Positions 36,925-46,850 of a stretch of DNA of 64,000 nt are shown one piece after another; position 1 is the first letter of the stretch, and the number at the start of each line of letters is the position of its first letter. Source of the DNA: Candidatus Nanopelagicales bacterium (GTDB lineage: Bacteria; Actinomycetota; Actinomycetes; S36-B12; UBA5976). The notes below the pieces were generated by a model. The model did not search any database. It had not been told where the DNA came from and was given only the letters and a program-made list of their open reading frames with translations. Where the stretch lies: positions 3,203-67,202 of the forward strand of contig JBIISC010000003.1 of the NCBI GenBank assembly GCA_044341215.1, written 5' to 3'. Both the position numbers and the translations under genes were made by a program.

Positions 36925-38526
36925 ATGTCGGTCTCCGTCACAATGCCAGCGCTTGGTGAAAGCGTTGTCGAGGGCACAGTTACCCGTTGGCTAAAGCAAG
37001 TTGGCGAATACGTTAACGCCGATGAACCGCTGCTAGAAGTTTCAACTGACAAAGTTGATACCGAAATTCCGTCCCCAGCATCTGGCATACTCCTAGAAAT
37101 TCTTGCTCAAGTGGACGCAACAGTTCCAGTCGGATCAGTTATTGCTGTTATCGATGCGCCAACACCTGCAAATGCCGCTCCGGAGGTACAAATGTCATCC
37201 ACACCAGTTTCTGCTTCTGATTCAAATAACTCTGAATCAGTTTCGACTAGCAACGTCAATGTAATTCTGCCAGCACTTGGGGAAAGTGTTACCGAGGGAA
37301 CAATCACACGTTGGATTAAGCAAGTTGGCGACATTGTTGCAGCTGACGAAGCTTTACTTGAAATATCAACTGACAAAGTCGACACCGAAATTCCTTCACC
37401 AGCTTCCGGAACCATCACACAGATTTTGGTTGGTGAAGATTCCACCGTTCCAGTCGGCTCAGTACTTGCAGTTATTGCGGTAACTGGTGGCGTACCTGCT
37501 CAAGCTGCTGCACCGGCTGCTGCACCTGCTGCACCCGTTAACGTTCCTGCTGCCGCACCAGTTTTCCAAGCTCCTGTTGGCTCAAATGATTCAGAAAATT
37601 CTGATGCATACGTAACTCCACTTGTTCGCAAGATTGCTGCCGAAAATGGAGTTGATCTTGCAACAGTTAAAGGAAGTGGCGTAGGCGGACGGATTCGCAA
37701 GCAAGATGTTCTTGCAATTGTTGAAGCCCGTCAATCAGGTGGTTCGGTCGCAGCTCCAACTGCAACCGCTTCTGCTTCAGCCCCAGCTGCACCTCAAACT
37801 CAAGCTGACACTGCTTTGCGCGGTAGAACTGAAAAACTATCCCGCCTGCGCAAAGTAATTGCAACTCGCATGGTCGAAAGTTTGCAGTCGAGTGCTCAAT
37901 TAACTTCAGTTGCTGAAGTTGATGTATCAAACATCGTAACTTTGCGCGAGCGGAACAAATCTTCATTCGAATCACGTGAAGGCGTCAAACTTTCTTACAT
38001 GCCATTTTTTGCCAAAGCAATTGTTGACACTTTGAAGTCACATCCAGTGCTTAACGCATCCATTGACGTTGAATCTGGGACTGTCACCTATCACGATTCA
38101 GAACACTTAGCGATTGCAGTTGACACTGATAAAGGTTTGTTAGTACCAGTAATTAGAAATGCCGGTGACCTTTCAATGTCAGGCTTGGCTCGCAACATCA
38201 GCGATTTGGCTGAACGCACCCGCACTGGCCAAGTTTCACCAGACGAACTTTCAGGTGGAACTTTCACTTTGACAAACACTGGCAGCCGTGGCGCACTTTT
38301 TGACACACCTATCATTAATCAACCTCAGGTTGCAATCTTGGGGCTAGGTGCAATTGTTAAACGCCCAGTTGTTGTCACAGACAGCGATGGTCGCGACTCA
38401 ATCACAGTTCGCCATATGGTTTACCTATCACTTACATACGATCACCGACTCGTTGATGGTGCTGATGCAGCTCGTTATCTAGTCGCTTTGAAGAAACGTC
38501 TCGAAAGTGGCGTATTCGACATTTAG
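36925..38526 (+). CDS. sucB: dihydrolipoamide acyltransferase E2 with two lipoyl domains (SucB/DlaT)
   Basis: Start at ATG 36925 after AAGGAG. Two lipoyl domains (each ...STDKVDTEIPSPASG...), an Ala/Pro linker, a peripheral subunit-binding domain (TPLVRKIAAENGVDL) and a catalytic domain (LSLTYDHRLVDGA). Confidence 0.9.
   Translation: MSVSVTMPALGESVVEGTVTRWLKQVGEYVNADEPLLEVSTDKVDTEIPSPASGILLEILAQVDATVPVGSVIAVIDAPTPANAAPEVQMSSTPVSASDSNNSESVSTSNVNVILPALGESVTEGTITRWIKQVGDIVAADEALLEISTDKVDTEIPSPASGTITQILVGEDSTVPVGSVLAVIAVTGGVPAQAAAPAAAPAAPVNVPAAAPVFQAPVGSNDSENSDAYVTPLVRKIAAENGVDLATVKGSGVGGRIRKQDVLAIVEARQSGGSVAAPTATASASAPAAPQTQADTALRGRTEKLSRLRKVIATRMVESLQSSAQLTSVAEVDVSNIVTLRERNKSSFESREGVKLSYMPFFAKAIVDTLKSHPVLNASIDVESGTVTYHDSEHLAIAVDTDKGLLVPVIRNAGDLSMSGLARNISDLAERTRTGQVSPDELSGGTFTLTNTGSRGALFDTPIINQPQVAILGLGAIVKRPVVVTDSDGRDSITVRHMVYLSLTYDHRLVDGADAARYLVALKKRLESGVFDI
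36946..37480 (+). repeat. internal duplication encoding the two lipoyl domains
   Basis: Copies at 36946-37155 and 37270-37480 are recognisably similar at both nucleotide and protein level (PALGESVxEGTxTRWxKQVG...STDKVDTEIPSPASG...VPVGSV). Confidence 0.8.
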
Positions 38527-38567
38527 TTCGAATGGCAAAAAGTCTAGTTTTAAGTGAGGCTAAGGCA

Positions 38568-39452
38568 ATGCGAATTTTGATTAGCGGTGCTTCAGGCCTG
38601 ATTGGTAATGCTTTAGTTGCCCACCTTAAGACTGATGGTCACGAAATCATTCGGTTGGTAAGAAAACCAAGCACAAATTCAGGCGAAGTAACCTGGAACC
38701 CGTCCAAACATGAATTAGATGTTTCCAAACTTGGCACAATCGACGCAGTAATTAATCTTTCAGGGGCTGGCGTTGGAGATAGGCGTTGGACTGATTCATA
38801 TAAAAAAGAGATTTTGAATTCACGATTAGACTCCACTTCAACCCTAGTTCATGCGATTAACTCCATGTCGATAAAGCCAAAAGTTTTGATCAATTCTTCT
38901 GCCATAGGTTTTTATGGAGATCGCGGCACAACGCAGGTTGACGAAACTTCGGACAAAGGCACAGGATTTCTCTCAGATGTGGTTCAGGCGTGGGAATCGG
39001 CTGCAATGAGCCTAAAATCCAGCGGAGTCCGAGTTGTGCTTTTACGAACTGGACTCGTATTCACACATCGAGGTGGAGCTCTAGCGAAATTGTTGCCACT
39101 TTTCAAACTCGGACTTGGCGGGAAAATTGCAGGTGGCAATCAATACTGGTCCTTTATCTCAATCGCTGATGAAGTCCGTGCAATAGATTTCTTATTAAAC
39201 AGTGACATTGCTGGACCCGTGAATTTGACTGCTCCTAATCCCGCAACAAATGCCGAAGTGACAACGGCTCTGGGCAAAGCCCTCAAACGACCAACGTTGC
39301 TTGCGGTGCCAGGATTTGCGCTCAAGATTGTGCTTGGTGAATTCTCAACTGAAATCACTGGCGGAGTCAAAGTATTGCCAACCGTTTTGCAAAATGCTGG
39401 ATTCACTTGGAACCATCCAACAATCACCGAAGTTGTCTCAACGGTCGTCTAA
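38568..39452 (+). CDS. NAD-dependent epimerase/dehydratase-like protein (TIGR01777/YfcH-like, Rv2216-like)
   Basis: MRILISGASGLIG Rossmann N-terminus starting at ATG 38568; the ORF is open from 38532. Position after sucB matches mycobacterial synteny (memory). Confidence 0.75.
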   Translation: MRILISGASGLIGNALVAHLKTDGHEIIRLVRKPSTNSGEVTWNPSKHELDVSKLGTIDAVINLSGAGVGDRRWTDSYKKEILNSRLDSTSTLVHAINSMSIKPKVLINSSAIGFYGDRGTTQVDETSDKGTGFLSDVVQAWESAAMSLKSSGVRVVLLRTGLVFTHRGGALAKLLPLFKLGLGGKIAGGNQYWSFISIADEVRAIDFLLNSDIAGPVNLTAPNPATNAEVTTALGKALKRPTLLAVPGFALKIVLGEFSTEITGGVKVLPTVLQNAGFTWNHPTITEVVSTVV

Positions 39453-40052
39453 GACAGGTTGAGCATTTGAAATCAACCACTTCTGCCCCACTTTGAGCAA
39501 AGAAATTAGCCAAGTTTCTTCGCCCCGCGCAACAATTGTTTGTTCGGCAATTGTTTGTTCATTAGATCTAGAACGAATCGAGTAATTAGATCGATTATCT
39601 GTTACTTGTAATTCCACTACCTCTTCATTATTGCTCCAGCGATGTGAAACTATCTCTACTGATGTGATTTCAAAATCTAGACCGAGAATTGATAAGTCTT
39701 TGGATATCAAATATCTAATTAATTTGGTGTCCGCCAGCTTCAATTGGCAGTTATTTGAATAGATTTCATTTAGAACTGATTCATCCTTGCGCATAATTGC
39801 TTGTGCTCTGAGATTGTCGAGATCTTCTAATACTTGATTCCAGTCATCTACCTCAGTGCTTGGAGATTGGACAAACGCATTCTTCTTTGCAGTATTTTGA
39901 CGATTGACCTCAACGAGGTTGATTGAATAGTACGAAATTCCTATACCTAGTAGGGCGGCGAGAACACTGACCACAATCCTTCGTCGCCAGATTCGCTTGC
40001 GAATCAATCTGTAGTCCATCCGCTCATACTTACGTGCAATCCCCTGCTCCAT
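39438..40052 (-). CDS. membrane-anchored protein of unknown function
   Basis: A single TM (IVVSVLAALLGIGISYY) followed by a ~150-aa extracytoplasmic domain. Start is set at ATG 40052, or 40019, because the Q-rich 50-aa extension to 40202 overlaps the divergent oxidoreductase gene. Confidence 0.5.
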   Translation of the reverse strand: MEQGIARKYERMDYRLIRKRIWRRRIVVSVLAALLGIGISYYSINLVEVNRQNTAKKNAFVQSPSTEVDDWNQVLEDLDNLRAQAIMRKDESVLNEIYSNNCQLKLADTKLIRYLISKDLSILGLDFEITSVEIVSHRWSNNEEVVELQVTDNRSNYSIRSRSNEQTIAEQTIVARGEETWLISLLKVGQKWLISNAQPVLDDR

Positions 40053-40081
40053 AAGAAACGTGAGCCGAGTGGGACTAGATT

Positions 40082-41332
40082 GTGAAGGTGAATCCTTCGA
40101 AAAATGTAGATGTTTTGATTGTTGGTGCTGGTTTAGCTGGTTTGTCCGCTGCTGTTGCCTTGCACAAAGCTGGGATTCATGTTTGCGTAATTGAAGGTTC
40201 AAAAGAAGTTGGTGGCCGGGTAAAAACTACAAAACGTGATGGTTACATCCTCGATCACGGTTTTCAGGTATTCAATCCAGCTTACTCAAATGCGAGTGAG
40301 ATTCTCGATTATTCAAAACTTCACTTAAGAAAGTTTTCTCCTGGCGTCAATATAGTTTCTGAAAGTGGTTCGACGAAGCTTGGAAATCCAATTCTGGATC
40401 CAACTTTCGCGATTTCGTTTCTTAAACATCCTGAAAAATTTGCTGACCTTGCAAAGTTTGGATTGTATTGTTCTTCACTACTAGATTTTATGAAAACAAA
40501 ACCAAACCAAGAAGAGACTGACGCTCACACTGCATTACAGCGAGCTGGTATGAGCGAAAACTTCATTGCAAACACTCTTCAGCCATTTCTAAGCGGTGTT
40601 TTTCTAGAAGCAGATATGAAGACATCTAGCAAATTCTTGGAATTTGTTTTGCAATATTTCCTAAAAGGAACTCCTGCAGTTCCAGCCTTTGGCATGGGAA
40701 GTATCGCTGAACAATTGGCTAGTCAGCTTCCAAGCGATTCGATCCAGCTCTCTAATCCAGCACATGGAATTGAAGGCACGACCGTCAGAACCGACAGTGG
40801 ATCCATTAGTGCAAATCATGTAATTGTTGCAACCGATCAAGAAACAACTGCCGCATGGCTTGGCACGAAATCCCGAGGATGGCAAAGTGTCATCACTTGG
40901 TACCACAGCACCGATATCGCGCGCGAGCACTTAGCGGGTGGAAAAGCCTTACTCCACGTGGATAGCGCCAAGCGCGGCCCAGTTTTGAATACAGTTCCCC
41001 TTTCCCACGCAGCCAGTTCATATGCTCCAACGGGTAAACATCTGATTTCCACTTCAACTCTAGGCCTCGACAATTCCCTGGCACGGGAAAACCAAGTCCG
41101 CGAGCACCTCGCGCTTATTTATGGCGTTGACACCCAAGATTTTCAGACTATTGACGTGTTTACGATCGAGAAAGCACTACCAGTATCAACTGTGCCACTA
41201 GTTCAGCTCACTGACATTGAGGTGCGTCCAAACGTCTTCGTTGCTGGTGATTCCTTCACAAATCCTTCAATAGACGGCGCTATTGAAAGCGGACGACTAG
41301 CAGCAAATGCAATAATTGCGAAAAGACTTTAG
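40082..41332 (+). CDS. FAD-dependent oxidoreductase (amine oxidase / desaturase-like)
   Basis: N-terminal dinucleotide-binding motif DVLIVGAGLAGLSAA...EGSKEVGGR and C-terminal FVAGD FAD motif. Confidence 0.75.
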   Translation: MKVNPSKNVDVLIVGAGLAGLSAAVALHKAGIHVCVIEGSKEVGGRVKTTKRDGYILDHGFQVFNPAYSNASEILDYSKLHLRKFSPGVNIVSESGSTKLGNPILDPTFAISFLKHPEKFADLAKFGLYCSSLLDFMKTKPNQEETDAHTALQRAGMSENFIANTLQPFLSGVFLEADMKTSSKFLEFVLQYFLKGTPAVPAFGMGSIAEQLASQLPSDSIQLSNPAHGIEGTTVRTDSGSISANHVIVATDQETTAAWLGTKSRGWQSVITWYHSTDIAREHLAGGKALLHVDSAKRGPVLNTVPLSHAASSYAPTGKHLISTSTLGLDNSLARENQVREHLALIYGVDTQDFQTIDVFTIEKALPVSTVPLVQLTDIEVRPNVFVAGDSFTNPSIDGAIESGRLAANAIIAKRL

Positions 41333-41339
41333 GAGAAAC

Positions 41340-42074
41340 ATGGTAGATAAATATGTATTGGCGACTTCTGCTGGATTTGTGCCAACAGACCGTTGGGGAG
41401 TTTTAAAACCAGGTAAGAACTTTCTACGAGCTATTGAACTTTCCGGCAAGGAACGACCAAACGTCCTCTTCGTGATGACCGCAAGTGGAGACAGCCCCAC
41501 ATATCTAAATTCTTCCTACCAAGCTGTAAGCGGTCTTGGTGTGAATGCAAATCATCTAGCGCTATTCACTCAACCAACGCAACCTGTCGAAGAAAGTGTT
41601 GGCAATGCTGATGTGATTTGGGTTGGTGGCGGCTCTGTTGCAAATCTATTGACAGTCTGGCAATTGCATGGTGTTGATTCTGAAATGAAAAAGGCATACG
41701 AACGCGGTGCAATTCTCGGTGGAGTGTCTGCCGGTTCGATTTGCTGGCATGTTGGCGGTCCGACTGACTCATTTGGCCCAGAACTAAAGATCATTAACAA
41801 TGGTTTAGGAATTATTCAATACGGCGCTGGAGTGCACTTCGACTCCGAAGCCCAGCGACGACCACTACTTCAAAAGACTGTTGGTGATGGAATCTTGCCA
41901 ACCTCATTCGCAACAGATGATCGAATTGGCTTGCTCTATAAAAATGGTGAACCTTTCGAGGTAATTAGTGACTTGGAAACTGAAGTTACTGAAACCAGCC
42001 CCGCTGCTTACCGAATTGAAAAAGTTGGCGACAAAGTAAAAGAGACCCGACTTTCGCCGGGTCTCTTTTACTAG
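41340..42074 (+). CDS. peptidase S51 (dipeptidase E-like) family protein
   Basis: Start at ATG 41340 after AGGAG. Contains IWVGGGSVANLL and the nucleophile elbow GGVSAGSICW. Confidence 0.7.
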   Translation: MVDKYVLATSAGFVPTDRWGVLKPGKNFLRAIELSGKERPNVLFVMTASGDSPTYLNSSYQAVSGLGVNANHLALFTQPTQPVEESVGNADVIWVGGGSVANLLTVWQLHGVDSEMKKAYERGAILGGVSAGSICWHVGGPTDSFGPELKIINNGLGIIQYGAGVHFDSEAQRRPLLQKTVGDGILPTSFATDDRIGLLYKNGEPFEVISDLETEVTETSPAAYRIEKVGDKVKETRLSPGLFY

Positions 42075-42092
42075 TTTCTATTCGATTAGTTG

Positions 42093-42129
42093 TTAGTCGA
42101 TTTGTACTTAGTCGATTTGTACTTAGTCG
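42093..42129. repeat. 2.5 x 15-bp tandem repeat between convergent genes
   Basis: TTAGTCGATTTGTAC occurs at 42093-42107 and 42108-42122, then TTAGTCG at 42123-42129. The last partial copy supplies the MMPL stop codon region. Confidence 0.85.
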
Positions 42130-44309
42130 TTGGCTTTAGCTAGCTTGCTTGGCCACCAAATCTTCTTGCCAATGTCATACGACAATGCGGGAACCAAGAT
42201 TGATCGCACCAGCATGGTATCTAGCAAAACGCCGAACGCAACTGCGAATCCAAGTTCTGCCAAGAACACAAGTGGCAAAATTCCCAGCACTGCAAATGTT
42301 GCAGCCAGAATAACTCCAGCACTTGTAATCACGCCACCAGTTACTGCTAGCGCTTTCAAAATACCTTCGTGAGTTCCAAGCTTGAGACTCTCTTCTCGAA
42401 CGCGAGTCATCAAGAAGATGTTGTAGTCAATACCTAGCGCCACTAAGAACACGAATGTGAATAGTGGATAGGAAGCATCTGCACCCGGGAACTTAAAGAT
42501 GTTATTAAATACAAATGCACTTGCACCCATTGTCGCACCAAACGAAAGTACCACTGTTGCAATCAACAAAATCGGAGCCAAGATTGAGCGCAATAACAAC
42601 ATCAGAATTAATGTAATTACTAGCAAGATGATTGGAATAATTACTATTCGATCTCGACGAGATGACTCTTGAACATCGAAATTCGCAGCAGCTGTTCCGC
42701 CAACTAGAGCATCTGCTCCTTCAACATCATGCACGATAGTGCGCAAATCTCTAACGTATTCTTGTTGCAAAGCACTGTCCTCAGTTACTTTAAAGGTAAC
42801 GTCAAAAGCGGCGATTCCATCGACCACTAGTGGCGCTGGGCCAGTCTCAGTGAATGTGGATCGTTGAATTGCTGAAGATGTTCCGACTGCGCTATTAATA
42901 GCTTGAAGGACTTCTGCTGACTTATCTGCATTGGTAATCACAGTCGCATCAACTGATGGTGGTACAAGTCCATGTTCCTCTAGAACCTGAATACCAACGA
43001 GTGGCTTTGCATCACGATTTGTGAAAACGTCAACGTCCGAAACGCCATCTGCTTGCAATGAGGTCATTCCGTAGGCCATCACTAACAAAACTGCTGTGGA
43101 AACTATCCAAGCCTTTCGTGCGTTACGTCCAACAAATTTTGCCACTTTGCCCCATACGCCTTTTGTTTCTACAAGTTCAGAGCCAAATTTCGGCACGAAC
43201 GGCCAGAACACTCGACGTCCGAAAAGTACAAGGAATGCGGGCAAGAAAGTTAGAGTTACAACCAATGCGGCGATGATGCCGACTGCGCCGACGGGACCTA
43301 GACCTGCATTGCTCTTGAGTTCTGAAAGTTGAAGACAAAGCAAACCGATTGCAACTGTTCCAGCACTTGCAGCAATTGGTTCCCAAGTTCCAAGCCAAGC
43401 AGCTTTCATTGCATGGTACTTGTCTTCGTCGTGGCGTAGCTCTTCGCGGTAACGGCTAATCAATAGCAATGCATAATCAGTTGAAGCACCTAGAACCAAA
43501 ACCGACAAGATACCTTGGCTTTGACCGTTCAATTTAATGATGTCGTTGTAAGCAAGGTAATAAACCATTCCTGATGCCAACGTTAAAGAAAAGAGCGCAG
43601 ACAACAAAGGGATAAACCACAAAATAGGGCTGCGGTAAACAACAACCAAAATGAGTGCCACCACGATCAACGTAGTAAGAAGAAGTTGGGTATCAATACC
43701 GGCGAAAGCTTTTGCAAATTCTGCGAAAATACCTACTGCTCCGGTTACGTATCCATCAGCATTTAGCGCACTGTCATCCACCAGCGCTTGTACATCATCT
43801 ACTAGGTCACCAATAACTTCAAACGCACCTTGACCATCGATAAGTTTGGCAGCATCAAAATTGACATTAAGTACAAACGCTTTACCGTCTGGACTCACTG
43901 CTTGAACAAATTGCTCAGGTGTGGCTGGGAAAACACTTGGGACTTGCACACCGTTGAAATCAACCGTCGCGACAAATTTTGAAACAAGTTCGAGTTCACT
44001 TATGCTGGTAATTAGCTCAGCAATGACAGGTTGATCTGCAACTGAAAAAGTTCCATCCTTACGCTCAAAGACAATCGTCATCGGCACGACGTTCGCAGCA
44101 CCTGATTGAGCAGAGAATTTTTCTAGTTTTGCTGAGACAACAGTTGTTTCACTGTTTGCTGGCAGGAACTCTGAGTTCGAGTTTGACTGAACATCAGAAA
44201 GTTTTCCACTCAGAGGCCCAAGTGCGCCACTAACCGCGAACCATGCGATTACGATGACGATGGAGAGAGCTAGAAATTTCGGACGACGTGGTTGGGACAT
44301 TGAATCCAC
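42123..44309 (-). CDS. MMPL/RND-superfamily membrane transporter
   Basis: 728 aa with two 6-TM bundles, each preceded by a large extracytoplasmic domain. Typical MMPL motif GxDYALLLISRYREE. Confidence 0.85.
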   Translation of the reverse strand: MDSMSQPRRPKFLALSIVIVIAWFAVSGALGPLSGKLSDVQSNSNSEFLPANSETTVVSAKLEKFSAQSGAANVVPMTIVFERKDGTFSVADQPVIAELITSISELELVSKFVATVDFNGVQVPSVFPATPEQFVQAVSPDGKAFVLNVNFDAAKLIDGQGAFEVIGDLVDDVQALVDDSALNADGYVTGAVGIFAEFAKAFAGIDTQLLLTTLIVVALILVVVYRSPILWFIPLLSALFSLTLASGMVYYLAYNDIIKLNGQSQGILSVLVLGASTDYALLLISRYREELRHDEDKYHAMKAAWLGTWEPIAASAGTVAIGLLCLQLSELKSNAGLGPVGAVGIIAALVVTLTFLPAFLVLFGRRVFWPFVPKFGSELVETKGVWGKVAKFVGRNARKAWIVSTAVLLVMAYGMTSLQADGVSDVDVFTNRDAKPLVGIQVLEEHGLVPPSVDATVITNADKSAEVLQAINSAVGTSSAIQRSTFTETGPAPLVVDGIAAFDVTFKVTEDSALQQEYVRDLRTIVHDVEGADALVGGTAAANFDVQESSRRDRIVIIPIILLVITLILMLLLRSILAPILLIATVVLSFGATMGASAFVFNNIFKFPGADASYPLFTFVFLVALGIDYNIFLMTRVREESLKLGTHEGILKALAVTGGVITSAGVILAATFAVLGILPLVFLAELGFAVAFGVLLDTMLVRSILVPALSYDIGKKIWWPSKLAKAND

Positions 44310-44323
44310 AGCCTTTCAAGATG

Positions 44324-44357
44324 AGAAATCAGGATTAGAAATCAAGACAAGAAATAC
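44324..44357. promoter_or_regulatory. three phased direct repeats AGAAATCA / AGAAATCA / AGAAATAC (13-bp period)
   Basis: Repeats at 44324-44331, 44337-44344 and 44350-44357 in the MMPL/lipB divergent region. Confidence 0.35.
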
Positions 44358-44380
44358 AGGGCAGAGCATAAAACACACTT

Positions 44381-44390
44381 CACAATTGTG
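44381..44390. promoter_or_regulatory. perfect 10-bp palindrome CACAATTGTG
   Basis: It lies 40 bp upstream of the lipB start and 72 bp from the MMPL start. Confidence 0.3.
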
Positions 44391-44430
44391 CTGAATACCT
44401 TTCCTTGGCCTGGCGAGTACGCTTAATCCA

Positions 44431-45087
44431 ATGAAATCCACCGCGACTATTGAGGTTATTGACCGACTTGGCGCGCTTATTGACTACAAAACAGCTTGGG
44501 ATTTTCAACGTGAGATTCACGCAGAAGTAGCCGATGGCACTCGCCCAAGTACTTTGATTTTGCTAGAGCATCCCGATGTTTTTACTGCTGGCAAGCGCAC
44601 CCAACCGTCTGACTTGCCTTGGGATGGATCTGAAGTTATTGAAGTGGATCGCGGTGGCCGGATTACGTGGCATGGCCCAGGCCAACTAGTTGGTTATCCA
44701 ATTGTGAAATTGCCAAGCCCGGTCGATGTCATGGATTACGTGCACAAACTTGAACAAGCAATCATGGATGTCTGTGCAAGTTATGGCATTGCAACTAAAA
44801 GAGTGGACGATCGAACTGGGGTTTGGGTTCCAGCAGATTCCAAAGGGCCTGAGCGAAAAATCGCAGCAATTGGTGTGCGGGTTTCAAAAGGTGTGACCAT
44901 GCATGGCTTTTCTCTCAACTGTAATTGTGACCTGTCTGCTTACTCGAGGATTGTTCCGTGTGGGATTAGCGACGCTGGAGTGACAAGCATCTCGCAGGAA
45001 ATTGGGCGCGAAATCTCCATCACAGATGTGAAGGCGCTCGTGGTAAACGAATTAATGAAAAATCTCGTAGGGTGGGTTTGTGACTGA
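44431..45087 (+). CDS. lipB: octanoyltransferase (lipoyl(octanoyl) transferase)
   Basis: [18 protein letters not shown] and KIAAIGVRV motifs. It overlaps the lipA start by 8 nt. Confidence 0.9.
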   Translation: MKSTATIEVIDRLGALIDYKTAWDFQREIHAEVADGTRPSTLILLEHPDVFTAGKRTQPSDLPWDGSEVIEVDRGGRITWHGPGQLVGYPIVKLPSPVDVMDYVHKLEQAIMDVCASYGIATKRVDDRTGVWVPADSKGPERKIAAIGVRVSKGVTMHGFSLNCNCDLSAYSRIVPCGISDAGVTSISQEIGREISITDVKALVVNELMKNLVGWVCD

Positions 45088-46021
45088 ACGCAAAATGATT
45101 CGGATTGAAGCGCGCAACGCTGCGGTTCCAATCGAAAAGAAACCAGAGTGGATTAAGACTCGAGTTCGTACTGGACCTGAATACTTGAAGATCCGCGAAC
45201 GCGTTAGCGCTCAGGGCCTACATACCGTTTGCCAAGAAGCAGGTTGTCCAAATATTTACGAATGCTGGGAAGATCGCGAAGCAACTTTCTTAATTGGTGG
45301 TGCGCAATGCACCCGACGTTGTGATTTTTGCCAGATCGATACTGGTAAACCAGAACCTTTAGATCGTGATGAACCCCGTCGCGTTGCGCAATCGGTTGTT
45401 GAAATGGGATTGAAGTATGCAACCGTCACTGGAGTTGCCCGCGATGATCTTGAAGATGAAGGGTCTTGGCTATATGCCGAAACTGTTCGTGCAATTCATC
45501 AAGCACTACCTGAATGTGGTGTTGAAGTTTTGATTCCTGATTTCAGCGCAAATCCAAATTTATTGGCAGAGGTATTTTCATCGAAACCAGAAGTGCTTGC
45601 ACATAATCTTGAAACAGTCCCAAGAATTTTTAAAAGCATTCGTCCTGCGTTTAGATACGAACGTTCGCTCGATGTAATCACCCAAGCTCAAAATGCTGGA
45701 CTAGTAACTAAATCAAATTTGATTCTCGGCATGGGTGAAGAGATTGAAGAAGTGCATCAGGCTTTGGTCGATTTGCGTGAAGCTGGTTGCGACCTAATCA
45801 CCATCACCCAATATCTGCGCCCATCAGAACGCCATCACCCGGTAAGCCGATGGGTCAAGCCTGAAGAGTTTGTGGCCCTTGCGGATTTCGCAAAAGAGGT
45901 TGGATTCCTAGGGGTCATGTCTGGGCCACTGGTGCGCTCTTCCTACCGAGCTGGCAAGTTGCACAAGCAGGCTACTGAGGCAAAAGCCAATGGTGGCCAA
46001 GCCGCTATTACGGTTGTTTAG
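45080..46021 (+). CDS. lipA: lipoyl synthase
   Basis: N-terminal cluster [12 protein letters not shown] and radical-SAM CTRRCDFC, plus a C-terminal RSSY motif. Confidence 0.95.
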   Translation: MTERKMIRIEARNAAVPIEKKPEWIKTRVRTGPEYLKIRERVSAQGLHTVCQEAGCPNIYECWEDREATFLIGGAQCTRRCDFCQIDTGKPEPLDRDEPRRVAQSVVEMGLKYATVTGVARDDLEDEGSWLYAETVRAIHQALPECGVEVLIPDFSANPNLLAEVFSSKPEVLAHNLETVPRIFKSIRPAFRYERSLDVITQAQNAGLVTKSNLILGMGEEIEEVHQALVDLREAGCDLITITQYLRPSERHHPVSRWVKPEEFVALADFAKEVGFLGVMSGPLVRSSYRAGKLHKQATEAKANGGQAAITVV

Positions 46022-46042
46022 CTCCTGCGCTACCCTGCCGCC

Positions 46043-46705
46043 GTGGCGATAAAAACACCTAAATGGATCTCGCAAGTAATTGAGTCCTACAAATTCACCA
46101 AACCACTCGATCCGAGCATCAGTTGGGCCCTTCCGCTTACCTTCGTTGGCTCCTTTGCAGCCATCTTTGGTTTGGGAACTGCCCTAGGTGACGGAGCATT
46201 CGGTTTGGTTATGAAAATTACAGCATTTGCTTGGGCGATCTTGTTAACACTCTTGGTCTTCGGTAAAAAGGCTGAAAAGGCTGCCTATGCAAGTGTTGAA
46301 GGCGTTCCGGGAGCAGCTGCACAAGTTTTAACCACGCTCAAGGGCGGTTGGTTCACTACCCCAGCAGTTGAAATCAACAAGAACCAAGAGATTGTTCACC
46401 GACTTGTTGGCCGTCCTGGCGTTATCTTGATTATTGAAGCTCGAATTGGCTCACCAATTGCATCAGTAGCCCGGCAAAAGGCTGCCCGTTGGGTTGGAGA
46501 CACTCCAATTACCGAAATGTTTGTTGGTCGTGGCGAAGGCCAGGTGCCTATGGCGAAACTGACCAGAGCTGTGCGTAAATTGCCAAAAGTTCTGCGCCCC
46601 GCCGAAGTGACCGAACTTCGTCGCAAGCTAGATGCCGCCGCTGGTGGCTCACTTCCAATTCCTAAAGGCCCAATGCCAAAAGGTATGCGGATTCCCCGCC
46701 GCTAA
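46043..46705 (+). CDS. DUF4191-family membrane protein (Rv2219-like)
   Basis: 220 aa with two TM segments near the N-terminus. The conserved position between lipA and glnA is from memory. GTG start. Confidence 0.7.
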   Translation: MAIKTPKWISQVIESYKFTKPLDPSISWALPLTFVGSFAAIFGLGTALGDGAFGLVMKITAFAWAILLTLLVFGKKAEKAAYASVEGVPGAAAQVLTTLKGGWFTTPAVEINKNQEIVHRLVGRPGVILIIEARIGSPIASVARQKAARWVGDTPITEMFVGRGEGQVPMAKLTRAVRKLPKVLRPAEVTELRRKLDAAAGGSLPIPKGPMPKGMRIPRR

Positions 46706-46709
46706 AAAC

Positions 46710-46747
46710 GTAACAACCGCGAAACAAACGGGACACCAAACGGCAAC
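46710..46747 (+). promoter_or_regulatory. GlnR box (four half-sites, 11-nt period) upstream of glnA
   Basis: GTAAC-aaccgc-GAAAC-aaacgg-GACAC-caaacg-GCAAC, with half-sites starting at 46710, 46721, 46732 and 46743. It fits the actinobacterial GlnR consensus gTnAc-n6-GaAAc-n6-GtnAC-n6-GAAAC and lies ~100 bp upstream of the glnA ATG. Confidence 0.65.
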
Positions 46748-46850
46748 GACGCCAAAGTATGTTTCACCTATCCGAGTAATTCGGAAAAAAGTCACTGGCG
46801 ACCTTGGGCTTAGGCCTTAAGTTCACCCCTGCGAGGAAGATGGAGCCTCT

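Noticed and set aside
40053-40202. 120-nt 5'-5' overlap between divergent ORFs 39438..40202 and 40082..41332
   Set aside because: The overlap comes from a Q/H/S-rich N-terminal extension with no signal or RBS. Internal ATGs at 40052 and 40019 precede the TM anchor and remove the overlap.
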